A stretch of 32,000 bases of DNA from an archaeon (GCA_024277355.1 JAJRVL010000004.1:270001-302000), one strand, 5' to 3'. Shown: positions 17,567 to 27,429, numbered from the stretch's first letter. The notes: a model not told the origin generated them from the sequence alone. Numbers and translations are program-made.

Positions 17567-18742
17567 TTAATTCATTATACCTGGATATTTTTTTATATAA
17601 TAATCCAACGCTAAAGGAAAAGCCACTGTAGTTAAAATTGTAACTAAAATAATTGCAGTGTAAAGTTCCTGAGGAAAACCAATGTCTTGCTTTAATACAA
17701 TTGCAAGAATAACTAATTCAATAAAACCCCTTGAATTCATTCCCCAACCAACTAAAGTTAACTGCCTAAAATTAAGTTTACTAAACGGCTTAACAATTAA
17801 AGCTCCAAGCATTTTTCCTGTAAAAGCAATAAACAAAACTCCAATAATTATTAAAGGATTAATAACTAAATTCAATAAGTTTGCATTTAATCCAATATGT
17901 AAATGAAAAAAAGGAATAATCAAAGCAAAAGTTACAACCTTTAAATGATTTTCAATTGCATGCTCTACTTTTTCTGACTTAATTGCTTTCTTTAAAAGAA
18001 AACCTGCAACTAACGCTCCTGCAATAGTTCCTAAAGACAAAACTGAAGCCAAAAAAGCAATTCCTAAAGCAATTAATACAGCTAAAGTAAAATAACCATC
18101 TTCACTTTCCTGCTTAAATAAACTAAAAAACCTTGGAAGAAGTTTTAATGCAATAAAAACTGCAACAAAAAAACCAATTATTTCAAAAGGAATTAAAGCT
18201 AAATCAGTTCCAGTTTGGTTTCCAACAAACAAAAGAATTACAGATAAAAAAATTAATTCAAAAAAATCATCTACTGCTCCAGCCAAAAGCATTATTTCTC
18301 CTAATCTTGTTTTAATTACATTTTTCTGCATTAAAACAATTGATTTTGTTGCTTCAGAAGTAACAGATAAAGCTGCTCCTGCAATAAAAGCAAAAAGCAA
18401 TGAATTCCAGATTAAAAAAACAAAAATAAACCCTAAAATAAAAGGAATTAAAACAGAGAAAAAAGAAATAATCAAAACATCTTTAGAACATTCCTTTATT
18501 TTTTTTAAGTCAACTTCCAGTCCAGTTAAAATTAACAGAAAAATTACTCCTAATTCAGATAAAACTAAAATCATTGAATTGCTTTCTAAAGGAATCAAAC
18601 CAGTAAAAAAAGGCAGACCTAAAACTAATCCAGCAACAATTTGCCCAATACTTCTAGGCAAATGAAACCTGAAAAAAATTTCTCCAAAAACAAATGCAGC
18701 TAAAATTACTACAAAAAATAAAAGCAAATTTGGTTCAACCAT
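17567..18742 (-). CDS. Cation:proton antiporter (CPA2 family)
   Basis: LPRSIGQIVAGLVLGLPFFTGL, LLILTGLEVDL, GAALSVTSEATKS, GMNSRGFIELVILAI; ~12 TM. Confidence 0.88.
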   Translation of the reverse strand: MVEPNLLLFFVVILAAFVFGEIFFRFHLPRSIGQIVAGLVLGLPFFTGLIPLESNSMILVLSELGVIFLLILTGLEVDLKKIKECSKDVLIISFFSVLIPFILGFIFVFLIWNSLLFAFIAGAALSVTSEATKSIVLMQKNVIKTRLGEIMLLAGAVDDFFELIFLSVILLFVGNQTGTDLALIPFEIIGFFVAVFIALKLLPRFFSLFKQESEDGYFTLAVLIALGIAFLASVLSLGTIAGALVAGFLLKKAIKSEKVEHAIENHLKVVTFALIIPFFHLHIGLNANLLNLVINPLIIIGVLFIAFTGKMLGALIVKPFSKLNFRQLTLVGWGMNSRGFIELVILAIVLKQDIGFPQELYTAIILVTILTTVAFPLALDYYIKKYPGIMN

Positions 18743-18791
18743 TTAATTACCTTTAATGAATACAGCAAAGGCATAAATAACTCTTTCGTTA

Positions 18792-19775
18792 TCAAAAATC
18801 AAGTAAATTGCTTTGGCCTTTTTCATCTAAAGGCCTTGCATTAATTCCAAGCTTTCTTCTAATAGAAGACGCTAACTCTTTTGCAAAACCATGATTAGTT
18901 AAAACATTTTTTGGATTAGATTTTTCAACATATTCAAGCAGTTGATTAAAATCTGCATGATCAGATAAAGGAAAAGCCTTAAAACCAAAATTTCCTTTCC
19001 AGCCGGAAGCAAAAACAGGAGAAATTTTTCTTCCTGAAGAAATTTCTAATGCTTTAATTAAATCAGGTTTAATTAAATGAGGAGGCAGAATCAAAACATT
19101 AAATTCTTTTAAGTTATGATCAAGCAATTCAAATTTGCCTAAATCAACTCCATTTTTTTTGTAAACATTATTTGGCTTTAAAATTGATTCATGAATTAAA
19201 GGAATTTCATTTAAGAATTCATTTGAAATTTTAGTTAATTCCTGTGCTTTGCCAATCGAATAACCTCCTAAAATCAGCAATTTGTTTTCTTTTAATTCAT
19301 ATTTTGCATATTTTTCTAATTCTTCATAAATTTTATTTCTTTCAGGGAAAACAAAATCAGGTAAACCAAAAGTTGATTCAATAACTAAAGTTTCTGCTTC
19401 AAGGATTTTTGCACCCTTAAATAAAACTGAATCACTTAACTTGAAATCAGAAGTAAAAACTATCTCCCCTGAATTAACCTGAATTTGTGAACTTCCAAGA
19501 ATATGCCCTGAAGAAAAAAAAGAAAATTCATTTCCTTCAACTGAAAACTTTTTTTTAAATGGAATCTCTTTTGCATTAAATTCTTTTTTTTCTCTTACTT
19601 TAATTAATTCATTTGTTTCTGAAGTTAAAAAAAAAGTTTTTTCTTTTGATTTACATACTTTTGCATGATCTGAATGAGCATGAGTTATAATGCAGTTATT
19701 CTTTTTAGGAGAAGAACTGGGATCAATTAAGATTTCTTCAAACAAAATACCCTTAGAATGCTTTATTTTCACCAT
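18792..19775 (-). CDS. Metallo-beta-lactamase fold protein, mRNA 3'-end-processing-factor-like
   Basis: CIITHAHSDHAKV (HxHxDH), SSGHILGSSQIQV, VFTSDFK, FPLSDHADFNQLLEYVE, VLTNHGF. Confidence 0.85.
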   Translation of the reverse strand: MVKIKHSKGILFEEILIDPSSSPKKNNCIITHAHSDHAKVCKSKEKTFFLTSETNELIKVREKKEFNAKEIPFKKKFSVEGNEFSFFSSGHILGSSQIQVNSGEIVFTSDFKLSDSVLFKGAKILEAETLVIESTFGLPDFVFPERNKIYEELEKYAKYELKENKLLILGGYSIGKAQELTKISNEFLNEIPLIHESILKPNNVYKKNGVDLGKFELLDHNLKEFNVLILPPHLIKPDLIKALEISSGRKISPVFASGWKGNFGFKAFPLSDHADFNQLLEYVEKSNPKNVLTNHGFAKELASSIRRKLGINARPLDEKGQSNLLDF

Positions 19776-19838
19776 AAAAAAAGAAAAAAGAAATAAAAAT
19801 ATAAACCAGAAGCCTCTAATAAATAAAAAGGGACTAAA

Positions 19839-20945
19839 ATGGAAAGAATACTTGACACTTTAATGATTAAACTGAATGAACTTCACGAAATGATTACAGG
19901 AAATGAATGGAAACATTATTCAAGAAAAAGTTTTGTTCATGCATTAAATCAAAGCATTGCAAGATTAGAAGAAACCGTTGAAATAATAGAAGAATTACAT
20001 AAAAGAATTGAATCTGAACCTTCAGTTGATTCCCCTGATTTAACGCCGTTAATTAAAAGTTATAATAAAACATTAATTTCACTTAGAAGAAATGTTATTT
20101 TAGAAGAAGCAAAAAAAGAAGTGCCTTTTGACTTAAAAGATAAAACTGAAGTACCAGAATTATATGCTTTTATTGGACAAAAAATAATGTCTTTACTTTT
20201 AAAAACAAGATTTGTGCTTGAAAGAGTTCATTTGCACGCAGTAAGAGAAAGAGTTACACCAGAACAGGAAAAAGCTACAGCTAAAAACATTTTATCTTTG
20301 CTTCAGACAAAAGAAAAAGAATTTGAAGAACTAAAAGAAAAATACGAAAAATTAAGGCATAAAAGTTTAAGTATCCCAACAGGAGAAAAAAATATTGCAG
20401 AAACAGAAAAAGAATTCAATTCATTAATAAGAAAAATTGAAACTGAAACCGAATTAATTGAAAACCACTTTACTTACTTCAGAAAAAAAATGGAGTCAAT
20501 TAATTCAGAGTTTAATTCTTTAAGGCTGAAAAGCAAAGTAATTGAAAATCTTGCAAACGAAACATCAGAAAAAGGAAGCGAATTAATTTCAATTCTAAAA
20601 ACAGAAAGAGATAATGCAAAACAAATGTTAATGGAAATTGAATCAGAATCCCTTTCATTAAGAGGAATGTATTCAAAAGAATTACTGAAATTAAATGAAA
20701 GCAAAATTCAGGCAAAAAAAGAAATAGAAAAAGAATTAAGAGAAAAAATGTTAATGGAAAAAGATGCAATCAAAGAAAAAAGCAAGTTATTAGAACAATT
20801 TGAACAAATAATTGACGACAGAAATAAAAGAATAAATGAATTAGAAAAAGAATTAGGATACAAAAAAGCAAAAAAAATGTTAGATGACGCTTTAAAGCCA
20901 AAAAAGAAATCTAAAAAAAAAGAAAAAATAAACAAAAAAAACTAA
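19839..20945 (+). CDS. Long coiled-coil protein (368 aa)
   Basis: Extended heptad-rich, highly charged sequence ending in poly-Lys tail. Confidence 0.75.
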   Translation: MERILDTLMIKLNELHEMITGNEWKHYSRKSFVHALNQSIARLEETVEIIEELHKRIESEPSVDSPDLTPLIKSYNKTLISLRRNVILEEAKKEVPFDLKDKTEVPELYAFIGQKIMSLLLKTRFVLERVHLHAVRERVTPEQEKATAKNILSLLQTKEKEFEELKEKYEKLRHKSLSIPTGEKNIAETEKEFNSLIRKIETETELIENHFTYFRKKMESINSEFNSLRLKSKVIENLANETSEKGSELISILKTERDNAKQMLMEIESESLSLRGMYSKELLKLNESKIQAKKEIEKELREKMLMEKDAIKEKSKLLEQFEQIIDDRNKRINELEKELGYKKAKKMLDDALKPKKKSKKKEKINKKN

Positions 20946-21036
20946 TTAAAAGAAAAATAAACAAAAATAATTAAAAAAACAGAAAAACTAATTAAATAAA
21001 AAATCAAAAAAATAGAATTTAATTAAAATTATTTTT

Positions 21037-21462
21037 TTATTTTACTTCAATCCAGAACCAAATTGAATAAGGTTCTTCTTCGTTTTCCTTAAAAACTTCA
21101 ATTAAAACTTTTTCTTTTCCGTCAGTTAATTCATTAAAAATAATTTCCACTTCAATTCTGTTTTTTTGTTTGTCTTCAAGAATAAAAGAATCAGATAAAA
21201 ATTCTTCTCCTTTAACTGAAATAACATAAGAATAATTCACTGCTTTTCCTTCTCTGTTATCTATTTCAAATTCAATTGGAATTTTTTCTCCTATAACCGC
21301 AGAATTAACTATTTTATCTGGAATTAAATAAACCTGAGTAAAAGTTTCAGGTTTAACATTTAAATAAGAATAAACTAACAAAAGCCCTAAAACTACAATT
21401 AAAACTATCACTAAGCCTTTAAACAAAAAACTATCCATTTTTTCTTCTGGAATCATATTCAT
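21037..21462 (-). CDS. Membrane-anchored DUF1616-like protein
   Basis: N-terminal TM then beta-rich domain: EFEIDNREGKAVNYSYVISVKGE...SIWFWIEVK. Confidence 0.6.
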   Translation of the reverse strand: MNMIPEEKMDSFLFKGLVIVLIVVLGLLLVYSYLNVKPETFTQVYLIPDKIVNSAVIGEKIPIEFEIDNREGKAVNYSYVISVKGEEFLSDSFILEDKQKNRIEVEIIFNELTDGKEKVLIEVFKENEEEPYSIWFWIEVK

Positions 21463-21556
21463 AATAATAAATCAAATAGTATTTAATTGTTTTTAAATTT
21501 GTTTTTCATTAAAACAGAAAACAATAAATACCTGAAAGATTAATAGTATTCCTATT

Positions 21557-21913
21557 ATGGCTCAAATAATAAATTTCTTTATTCATATAATTACATTTCT
21601 CTTTATTTTAATTCCTTTATTTCTCCTGTATAGAATTAAATCCAAAGAATACTCAAAATTAATAGGAATAAAATCAAAAAATAAATTAATTAAATCCCTT
21701 AATCTTATTGTATTAGGATTTATTCCAATTGCATTAATTCATTTATTTGAAGCACTTTCAGTTTACGGAATTAATATACTTCCTCATGAAACCACTTTGT
21801 TTCATATGACTGCAGAACACCTTGCATTAATAATTGCATTTATTTCCATCAGCTTTTTTCTGCTTAAATTTGAACAGACTTTAACTGAATTAAAAGATGC
21901 TTTATGCAAATAA
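21557..21913 (+). CDS. Hypothetical membrane protein (118 aa)
   Basis: Three to four hydrophobic helices. Confidence 0.65.
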   Translation: MAQIINFFIHIITFLFILIPLFLLYRIKSKEYSKLIGIKSKNKLIKSLNLIVLGFIPIALIHLFEALSVYGINILPHETTLFHMTAEHLALIIAFISISFFLLKFEQTLTELKDALCK

Positions 21914-22136
21914 ACTTTTAGAAAAAAAAGCTTTATCAAAACAACTGTTTCGGCAGTTGAGTGCGATGCGCTATCTTTGATAGCGTTGCAATGAACTTTT
22001 CCAAAAAAAGCTTTACCAAAAACTTAAATTTTCTGTATTCCGTCACACAAACCTTTTTAGAAAAAAGGTTTATCAAAAATTAGTTTGCAAACACAAACTA
22101 AACCTTTTTGGAAAAAAGCTTTACCAAAAACTTAAA
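21912..22136 (-). repeat. Second block of the palindromic repeat family, inverted relative to 5021-5175
   Basis: Units at about 21912-21941, 21994-22028, 22051-22082, 22101-22136; 22084-22109 is an exact 26-nt reverse complement of 5047-5072. Confidence 0.8.
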
Positions 22137-22341
22137 TCTTTTGTATTCCGTCACACATAGGGAAAGCTTTGCATCCCCAAAAAGAACCAAATTTTCCTTT
22201 TCTAATAGTCATTTCAAGTTTACAGTTAGGACACTTTGGAGACTTAACTGAAACTTTTGAATGCCTTGAACAAACAGGAATATCATTTGAATTAAGTTTG
22301 GTTGCAAAAGAACCACATTTAGCACATTTCATAAAAATCAA
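22132..22341 (-). CDS. Small zinc-ribbon protein, topoisomerase C4 zinc-finger-like
   Basis: KCAKCGS...PVCSRH and KCPNCKLEMTIRKGKFGSFWGCKAFPMCDGIQKI. Confidence 0.85.
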   Translation of the reverse strand: MIFMKCAKCGSFATKLNSNDIPVCSRHSKVSVKSPKCPNCKLEMTIRKGKFGSFWGCKAFPMCDGIQKI

Positions 22342-22370
22342 AAATAAAAAAAGAAGAAAAATAATTTAAA

Positions 22371-22441
22371 GCCCTTGGAGGGAATCGCACCCCCAACCTC
22401 CACTTTACGAAAGTGATGCACTACTATTATGCTACAAGGGC
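22371..22441 (-). tRNA. tRNA-Thr (CGT)
   Basis: GCCCTTG/CAAGGGC acceptor, TCACT-TTCGTAA-AGTGG anticodon arm, T loop GTGCGATTC. Confidence 0.87.
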
Positions 22442-22442
22442 A

Positions 22443-22462
22443 GCAACTTTTTCAAAAGTTGC
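22443..22462. terminator. Hairpin GCAACTTTT-TC-AAAAGTTGC between glyS and tRNA-Thr
   Basis: Perfect inverted repeat read directly; similar in form to 4828-4848 beside tRNA-Gln. Function as terminator is a guess. Confidence 0.4.
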
Positions 22463-22529
22463 ATCAAAATGCACGACTTCACTTTTGTTCAGTCCTGCTT
22501 TCATAAAAAAAATAGTGCAGAAGAACTAA

Positions 22530-24023
22530 TTAAAGTTCCTTAAACGTCGTTTTGCCTACTGAAAGCTTCCATAATAATTCAGCTAAATTTTTAATTGGAA
22601 TTCTTTTTTGTTCAGTTGAATCTCTTTCTCTAATAGTAATAGTTTCATCTTTTACTGAATCAAAATCAACTGTTAAAGCAAAAGGAATTCCAATTTCATC
22701 TATTCTTGCATAACGTTTTCCAATTGAACCTTTAACATCAAAAAAAACCGGAAGTTTATGTGCTAATAATTCATTAAAAATTTCTTTTGCTTTTTCACCT
22801 AAACCTTCTTTTTTAACTAAAGGAAAAACTCCTGCAACAAAAGGAGCAATCTTTGGACTTAAAGAAAGAAACAATCTTTTTTCTTCTTTTTTTGTTTCTT
22901 CTCTTAAAGCTAACTCCAATAAAACATAAAGTGTTCTGTCTACTCCTGCAGAAATTTCCCATACATGAGGAATAAATTCAGTTTCTTCTTTTACTTTAAG
23001 GTTTTTTGAAGAAACTTTTGAATGATTTTTTAAGTCATAATCAGTCCGGTAATTATTTGCAACTAATTCAATCCATCCAAGAGAAGTTTCAACTTCAAAA
23101 TCCCAGCCTTCTTTAGCATAAAAAGCTCGTTCTTCTTTACCTACTTCCCTAAACCTTAATTTATCTCTTGGAATCCCTAAATTTTCATAAAACAACTGTA
23201 ATCTTGATAAATAATAAGCAATTAATTTTCCTGAAACAATTTTTTTTGAAACTAAATCCTTTGCTTTGATTTCTTCAGTTGATTTCTTTCCTTCTAATAA
23301 AACCCTTAACTTAAAGTTTTCTATTTCTTCAAAGTTTTCTGTTTCATTTATTTTATTTGGATTAAAAAAAACTTCAATTTCCATTTGAGTTATTTCCCTG
23401 ATTCTTAAAATTGAATTTCTTGGCGCAATTTCATTTCTAAAACATTTTCCTGTTTGAGCTATACCTAAAGGAAGGTTTTTTCTCATTGTTTTATAAATTC
23501 TGTCAAAATCCAAAAAAATATTCTGGCAGGTTTCAGGCCTCAAATACCCTTTAAGTTTTCCTGTTCCTCCAATATCTGTTCCCATCATTAAATTAAATTT
23601 TTTTGTTTTGCCTAAAATTCCTTTGCATTTAGGGCAGACAACTTTGTTTTCTTTAATTAATTCATCAAATCGTTCAATTGGAGTTCCTTCAGTTAACTCA
23701 AATTCTTTTCCTAATAAAGAATCAGCTCGATGAAGTGAATGACATTTATTGCATTGAACTAAAGGATCATTAAAATTATTTAAATGACCTGACGCAACAA
23801 AAACTTTTTCCGGAAGAATTTGACAGCCGTCAATTTCAACAAAACCTTCTTTTTCAACTAAATCTTTTCTCCAGGATTCAATTATTCGGTTTTTTATTGC
23901 AGTTCCATAAGCTCCATAATCCCAAAAACCACTGAATGAATCTCCATAAATTTCAGCTGAAGGAAAAAAAATGCTTCTCCTTAAAGATAAATCCATTAAC
24001 ACTTCAGATTTTTTTTGTACCAT
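22530..24023 (-). CDS. glyS: Glycyl-tRNA synthetase (archaeal/eukaryotic type)
   Basis: FFPSAEIYGDSFSGFWDYGAYGTAIKNRI, GLAIPLGIAQTGKCFRNEIAPRN-like block (NLPLGIAQTGKCFRNEIAPRNSILRIREITQMEIEVFF), PHVWEISAGVDRTLYVLLE. Confidence 0.93.
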   Translation of the reverse strand: MVQKKSEVLMDLSLRRSIFFPSAEIYGDSFSGFWDYGAYGTAIKNRIIESWRKDLVEKEGFVEIDGCQILPEKVFVASGHLNNFNDPLVQCNKCHSLHRADSLLGKEFELTEGTPIERFDELIKENKVVCPKCKGILGKTKKFNLMMGTDIGGTGKLKGYLRPETCQNIFLDFDRIYKTMRKNLPLGIAQTGKCFRNEIAPRNSILRIREITQMEIEVFFNPNKINETENFEEIENFKLRVLLEGKKSTEEIKAKDLVSKKIVSGKLIAYYLSRLQLFYENLGIPRDKLRFREVGKEERAFYAKEGWDFEVETSLGWIELVANNYRTDYDLKNHSKVSSKNLKVKEETEFIPHVWEISAGVDRTLYVLLELALREETKKEEKRLFLSLSPKIAPFVAGVFPLVKKEGLGEKAKEIFNELLAHKLPVFFDVKGSIGKRYARIDEIGIPFALTVDFDSVKDETITIRERDSTEQKRIPIKNLAELLWKLSVGKTTFKEL

Positions 24024-24082
24024 AATACCAAATAGTCGGTAATTCTTTATAAATAATTTGCGATAAAAGCTTTATAGAGAAC

Positions 24083-24877
24083 ATGGATAAAACTAAATTA
24101 AAGCAAAGATTAACTCAAAAAACCAAAGAAAGAGTAGCAGAAGCTTTTACAGGAAAAGATATTCACATAATTAAAGCTGTTTCTTTAATTGATGAATTAG
24201 ACAAAATGGTTAATTTAATTTCAGAAAACGCAAGAGAATGGTATTCAACTCATTTTCCTGAATTAAATTCTTTAATTGAAGATAACGAAACTTTTTTAGA
24301 ATTAATTAAAATAGGAAACAGAAAAAATTTCACAGAAAAAAAAGTTTTAGAAGTTTATAAAAATACAGATAAAATAAAAAAAATAATTGAAAAATCAAAA
24401 GATTCAATGGGTTCAATAATAGAAGAAGAAACATTAAATCAAATTAAAGGTTTAGCAGAAAAAGGATTAGCAATAAAAAAAGAAAGAAATGAACTAACAA
24501 AATTCATTGAAAAAGAAATGAAAATTTTGCTTCCAAACTTCACTGAATTAGCTGAACCATTAATTGGAGCAAGAATGTTAGCTAAAGCAAGTTCAATAAA
24601 AAAATTAGCTTTAATGCCTTCATCTACAATTCAATTATTAGGTGCAGAAAAAGCTTTATTTAATCATATTAAATCAGGAGCAAAACCACCAAAATATGGA
24701 TTTATTTTCGGGCATCCAATGCTAAAACAAGTTAAAAGAAATTTTCAGGGAAAATTTGCAAGAAGTTTAGCAGGAAAATTAAGTATTGCAGTAAGACAAG
24801 ATTACTTTAAAGGAAAAAAAAACGTAAAAGAACTCAAAATAGATTTAGAAAAAAGAATAAAAGAATTGAATAAATAA
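24083..24877 (+). CDS. Nop5/Nop56/58 family protein lacking the N-terminal fibrillarin-binding domain
   Basis: IHIIKAVSLIDELDKMVNLISENAREWYSTHFPEL; LIGARMLAKASSIKKLALMPSSTIQLLGAEKALFNHIKSGAKPPKYGFIF; 264 aa only. Confidence 0.9.
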   Translation: MDKTKLKQRLTQKTKERVAEAFTGKDIHIIKAVSLIDELDKMVNLISENAREWYSTHFPELNSLIEDNETFLELIKIGNRKNFTEKKVLEVYKNTDKIKKIIEKSKDSMGSIIEEETLNQIKGLAEKGLAIKKERNELTKFIEKEMKILLPNFTELAEPLIGARMLAKASSIKKLALMPSSTIQLLGAEKALFNHIKSGAKPPKYGFIFGHPMLKQVKRNFQGKFARSLAGKLSIAVRQDYFKGKKNVKELKIDLEKRIKELNK

Positions 24878-24976
24878 AAAAAAATAAAACAAGGAAATAA
24901 AATTAAAAACAAAAAAAGAAAAATAAATAAAATAAAAATGAATTAAAATAAAAAAAATAATTAAAGAGAATTTTTT

Positions 24977-25639
24977 ATGAAATTAAATAAGATTGCAGAC
25001 GGAATTTATTCTGATGGAAGAAAAAATTACACTGAAAACTTAGTTAAAGGAAAAAAAGTTTACGGTGAAAGATTAATTTCATTTAAAGGAAAAGAATTCA
25101 GAGAATGGAATCCTTTCAGATCAAAATTAGGCGCAGGACTAAAAAAAGGAATTTTTCCTCCAATAAAAAACGGTTCAAATATTCTTTATTTAGGTGCAGC
25201 AGAAGGAACAACAATATCCCATTTATCAGATATCATAAAAGAAAACGGTTTAATTATTGGAATTGATGTTAGTGCCAGAGTAATGCATAAATTAGTTGAA
25301 TTAAGCGAAGAAAGAAGCAATTTAATTCCTTACTTAGAAGATGCAAATAATACAGAAGAAACAAAAAAAGAATTAAAAGAAATAAAATTTGATTTTTTGT
25401 TTCAGGATGTTTCACAAAAAAACCAGACAGAAATTTTTTTAAATAATGCAAAAACTTTTTTAGAAAAAGGAAAGCCAGCAATAATTTCAATTAAAGCAAG
25501 AAGTATTTCACAAAAAAATTCAAAAAAAATTCTAGAAGAAGAAAAAAGAAAACTAGAAAAAGAATTTATTGTTAAAAAAGCTGTTTTTTTGGAACCATTT
25601 CAAAAAGAACACTTGCTTGTTTACTGTGAAAAAAAATAA
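24977..25639 (+). CDS. flpA: Fibrillarin-like rRNA/tRNA 2'-O-methyltransferase
   Basis: YGERLISFKGKEFREWNPFRSKLGAGLKKG, ILYLGAAEGTTISHLSDI, IKARSIS. Confidence 0.93.
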   Translation: MKLNKIADGIYSDGRKNYTENLVKGKKVYGERLISFKGKEFREWNPFRSKLGAGLKKGIFPPIKNGSNILYLGAAEGTTISHLSDIIKENGLIIGIDVSARVMHKLVELSEERSNLIPYLEDANNTEETKKELKEIKFDFLFQDVSQKNQTEIFLNNAKTFLEKGKPAIISIKARSISQKNSKKILEEEKRKLEKEFIVKKAVFLEPFQKEHLLVYCEKK

Positions 25640-25640
25640 A

Positions 25641-26234
25641 TTAAGCCAGACTAAAAGCCTTAATAATTCTCTGCAAAGCAGTTAAATTAGAAAGAACAGC
25701 AAACAAAACCAAAAAATAAACTACATATTGAAAAGAAAAAATTCCACTCAAAAGAGTCAGGAATAAAATCAATAATCTTTCAGGTCTTTCAAGTAAACCG
25801 CCTTTTAATTCTTTTTCTAAAAACAATTTTTCTTTTGCAGCAGCCTTAGAATAAGTAGTCATCATTGTTCCAAATAAAGCCAATAAAATCCAGACTTTTG
25901 CTTCAACAAAAAAGAAAGGCAAAGAAACAAAAAACAACCCAAACAAAACAATAAAATCAGTATAACGGTCAGTTATTGTATCCAAATAAGCCCCTTTGTT
26001 TGATGTTTTGCCTTGTACTCTTGCTACAGCACCATCAATTAAATCAACTAACGCCGTCAATACAAAAAAAATTAAAGCAAACAAAAAGTTTTCCTGCAAT
26101 AAAAAATAAAAAGTTAAAACAGCAGGAATTAAAGCAGACAAAGTCCATTGATTAGGAGTAAAAGGCAATTTACCAAAAAGTAATCCTGCTTTAAGAGAAA
26201 TAAAATTAAATTTTTCTCTGTTCTCTGAAATCAT
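25641..26234 (-). CDS. CDP-alcohol phosphatidyltransferase, probable archaetidylinositol phosphate synthase
   Basis: LVDLIDGAVARVQGKTSNKGAYLDTITDRYTD (DxxDGxxAR...GxxxDxxxD); paired with inositol-P synthase. Confidence 0.87.
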   Translation of the reverse strand: MISENREKFNFISLKAGLLFGKLPFTPNQWTLSALIPAVLTFYFLLQENFLFALIFFVLTALVDLIDGAVARVQGKTSNKGAYLDTITDRYTDFIVLFGLFFVSLPFFFVEAKVWILLALFGTMMTTYSKAAAKEKLFLEKELKGGLLERPERLLILFLTLLSGIFSFQYVVYFLVLFAVLSNLTALQRIIKAFSLA

Positions 26235-26236
26235 AA

Positions 26237-27340
26237 TTACCTGTCTCTTTTACCTTTAATAAATTCTTCAACCATTGTCTTGCAGACTGAATCAGAAAAC
26301 TGATGCAAAGGATGCTTCATAAAATAAGAAGAACAAGAAGTTAATTCTCCTCCAATTCCTCTGTCTCTTGCTAATTTTATAGCACGCAAAGCATCAATTG
26401 TTATTCCTGCTGAATTAGGTGAATCCATTACACTTAATCTCATTTCTAATTCCAAAGGAATATCCCCAAATTTTCTTCCTTCCATTCTAATAAAACAAAC
26501 TTTATTGTCTTTCTGCCATGGAACATAATCACTTGGACCAATATGAATATTATCTGCATCTAATTTCTGAGGCAGTTGAGATTGAACTGATTCAGTCTTG
26601 GAAATTTTTTTGCTTTTCAGCCTTTTTCTTTCAAGCATATTCAAAAAATCTGTATTTCCTCCAGTGTTTAACTGATAAGTTCTGTCTAATTTTACTCCTC
26701 TGTCAGAAAACAATTTAGTTAAAACTCTATGAGTAATTGTTGCTCCAACCTGACTTTTAATGTCATCTCCAACAATAGGAAGTCCTTTATCTCTAAATTT
26801 TTTTTCCCATTCAGGATTAGAAGCAATAAAAACAGGCATACAATTAACCATTCCTACTCCTGCATCCAAACAAGCCTGAGCATAATATTTTGTTGCTTCT
26901 TCAGAACCAACAGGCATAAAATTAATTAAAACATCAGCTTTAACTTCCTTTAAAACTTTTACAACATCAACTGCATTTTCATCTGAAACAACAAATCTTT
27001 TGCTTTCATCATAATTTTCCATATGCGAAGCAAAACCATCTAATACAGGGCCTTTTTGTACAATCACATTTTGTTCCGGAACATCTTTCTGGAAAACTGT
27101 AGTACAATTAGGTTTTTCAAAAATTGCCTGACTTAAATCTTTTCCAACTTTTCTTTTATCAATATCAAATGCCGCAACAAACTTAATGTCTTTAATTGAA
27201 TAACCTGCAAACACATTATGCATTAAACCAGGAATTAATTCATCTGAATTCTTAACTGAATTATAATAATAAACTCCCTGAACTAAAGAACTCGCACAGT
27301 TCCCCACTCCTGAAATTGCAACTCTGATTTCTTTTTCCAT
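26237..27340 (-). CDS. Inositol-3-phosphate (myo-inositol-1-phosphate) synthase
   Basis: [78 protein letters not shown]. Confidence 0.92.
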   Translation of the reverse strand: MEKEIRVAISGVGNCASSLVQGVYYYNSVKNSDELIPGLMHNVFAGYSIKDIKFVAAFDIDKRKVGKDLSQAIFEKPNCTTVFQKDVPEQNVIVQKGPVLDGFASHMENYDESKRFVVSDENAVDVVKVLKEVKADVLINFMPVGSEEATKYYAQACLDAGVGMVNCMPVFIASNPEWEKKFRDKGLPIVGDDIKSQVGATITHRVLTKLFSDRGVKLDRTYQLNTGGNTDFLNMLERKRLKSKKISKTESVQSQLPQKLDADNIHIGPSDYVPWQKDNKVCFIRMEGRKFGDIPLELEMRLSVMDSPNSAGITIDALRAIKLARDRGIGGELTSCSSYFMKHPLHQFSDSVCKTMVEEFIKGKRDR

Positions 27341-27429
27341 TAAACCACCTATTTTACAACCATAAACGTTTTACTATCATAAAATATACTGCTTTTTGTA
27401 TTTTAAATCTTTTCTTTCTCCTTAATAAC

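Noticed and set aside
13568-17906. Plus-strand ORFs 13568-13801, 16169-16396, 16990-17220, 17682-17906
   Set aside because: All lie antisense to well-supported synthetase or antiporter genes.
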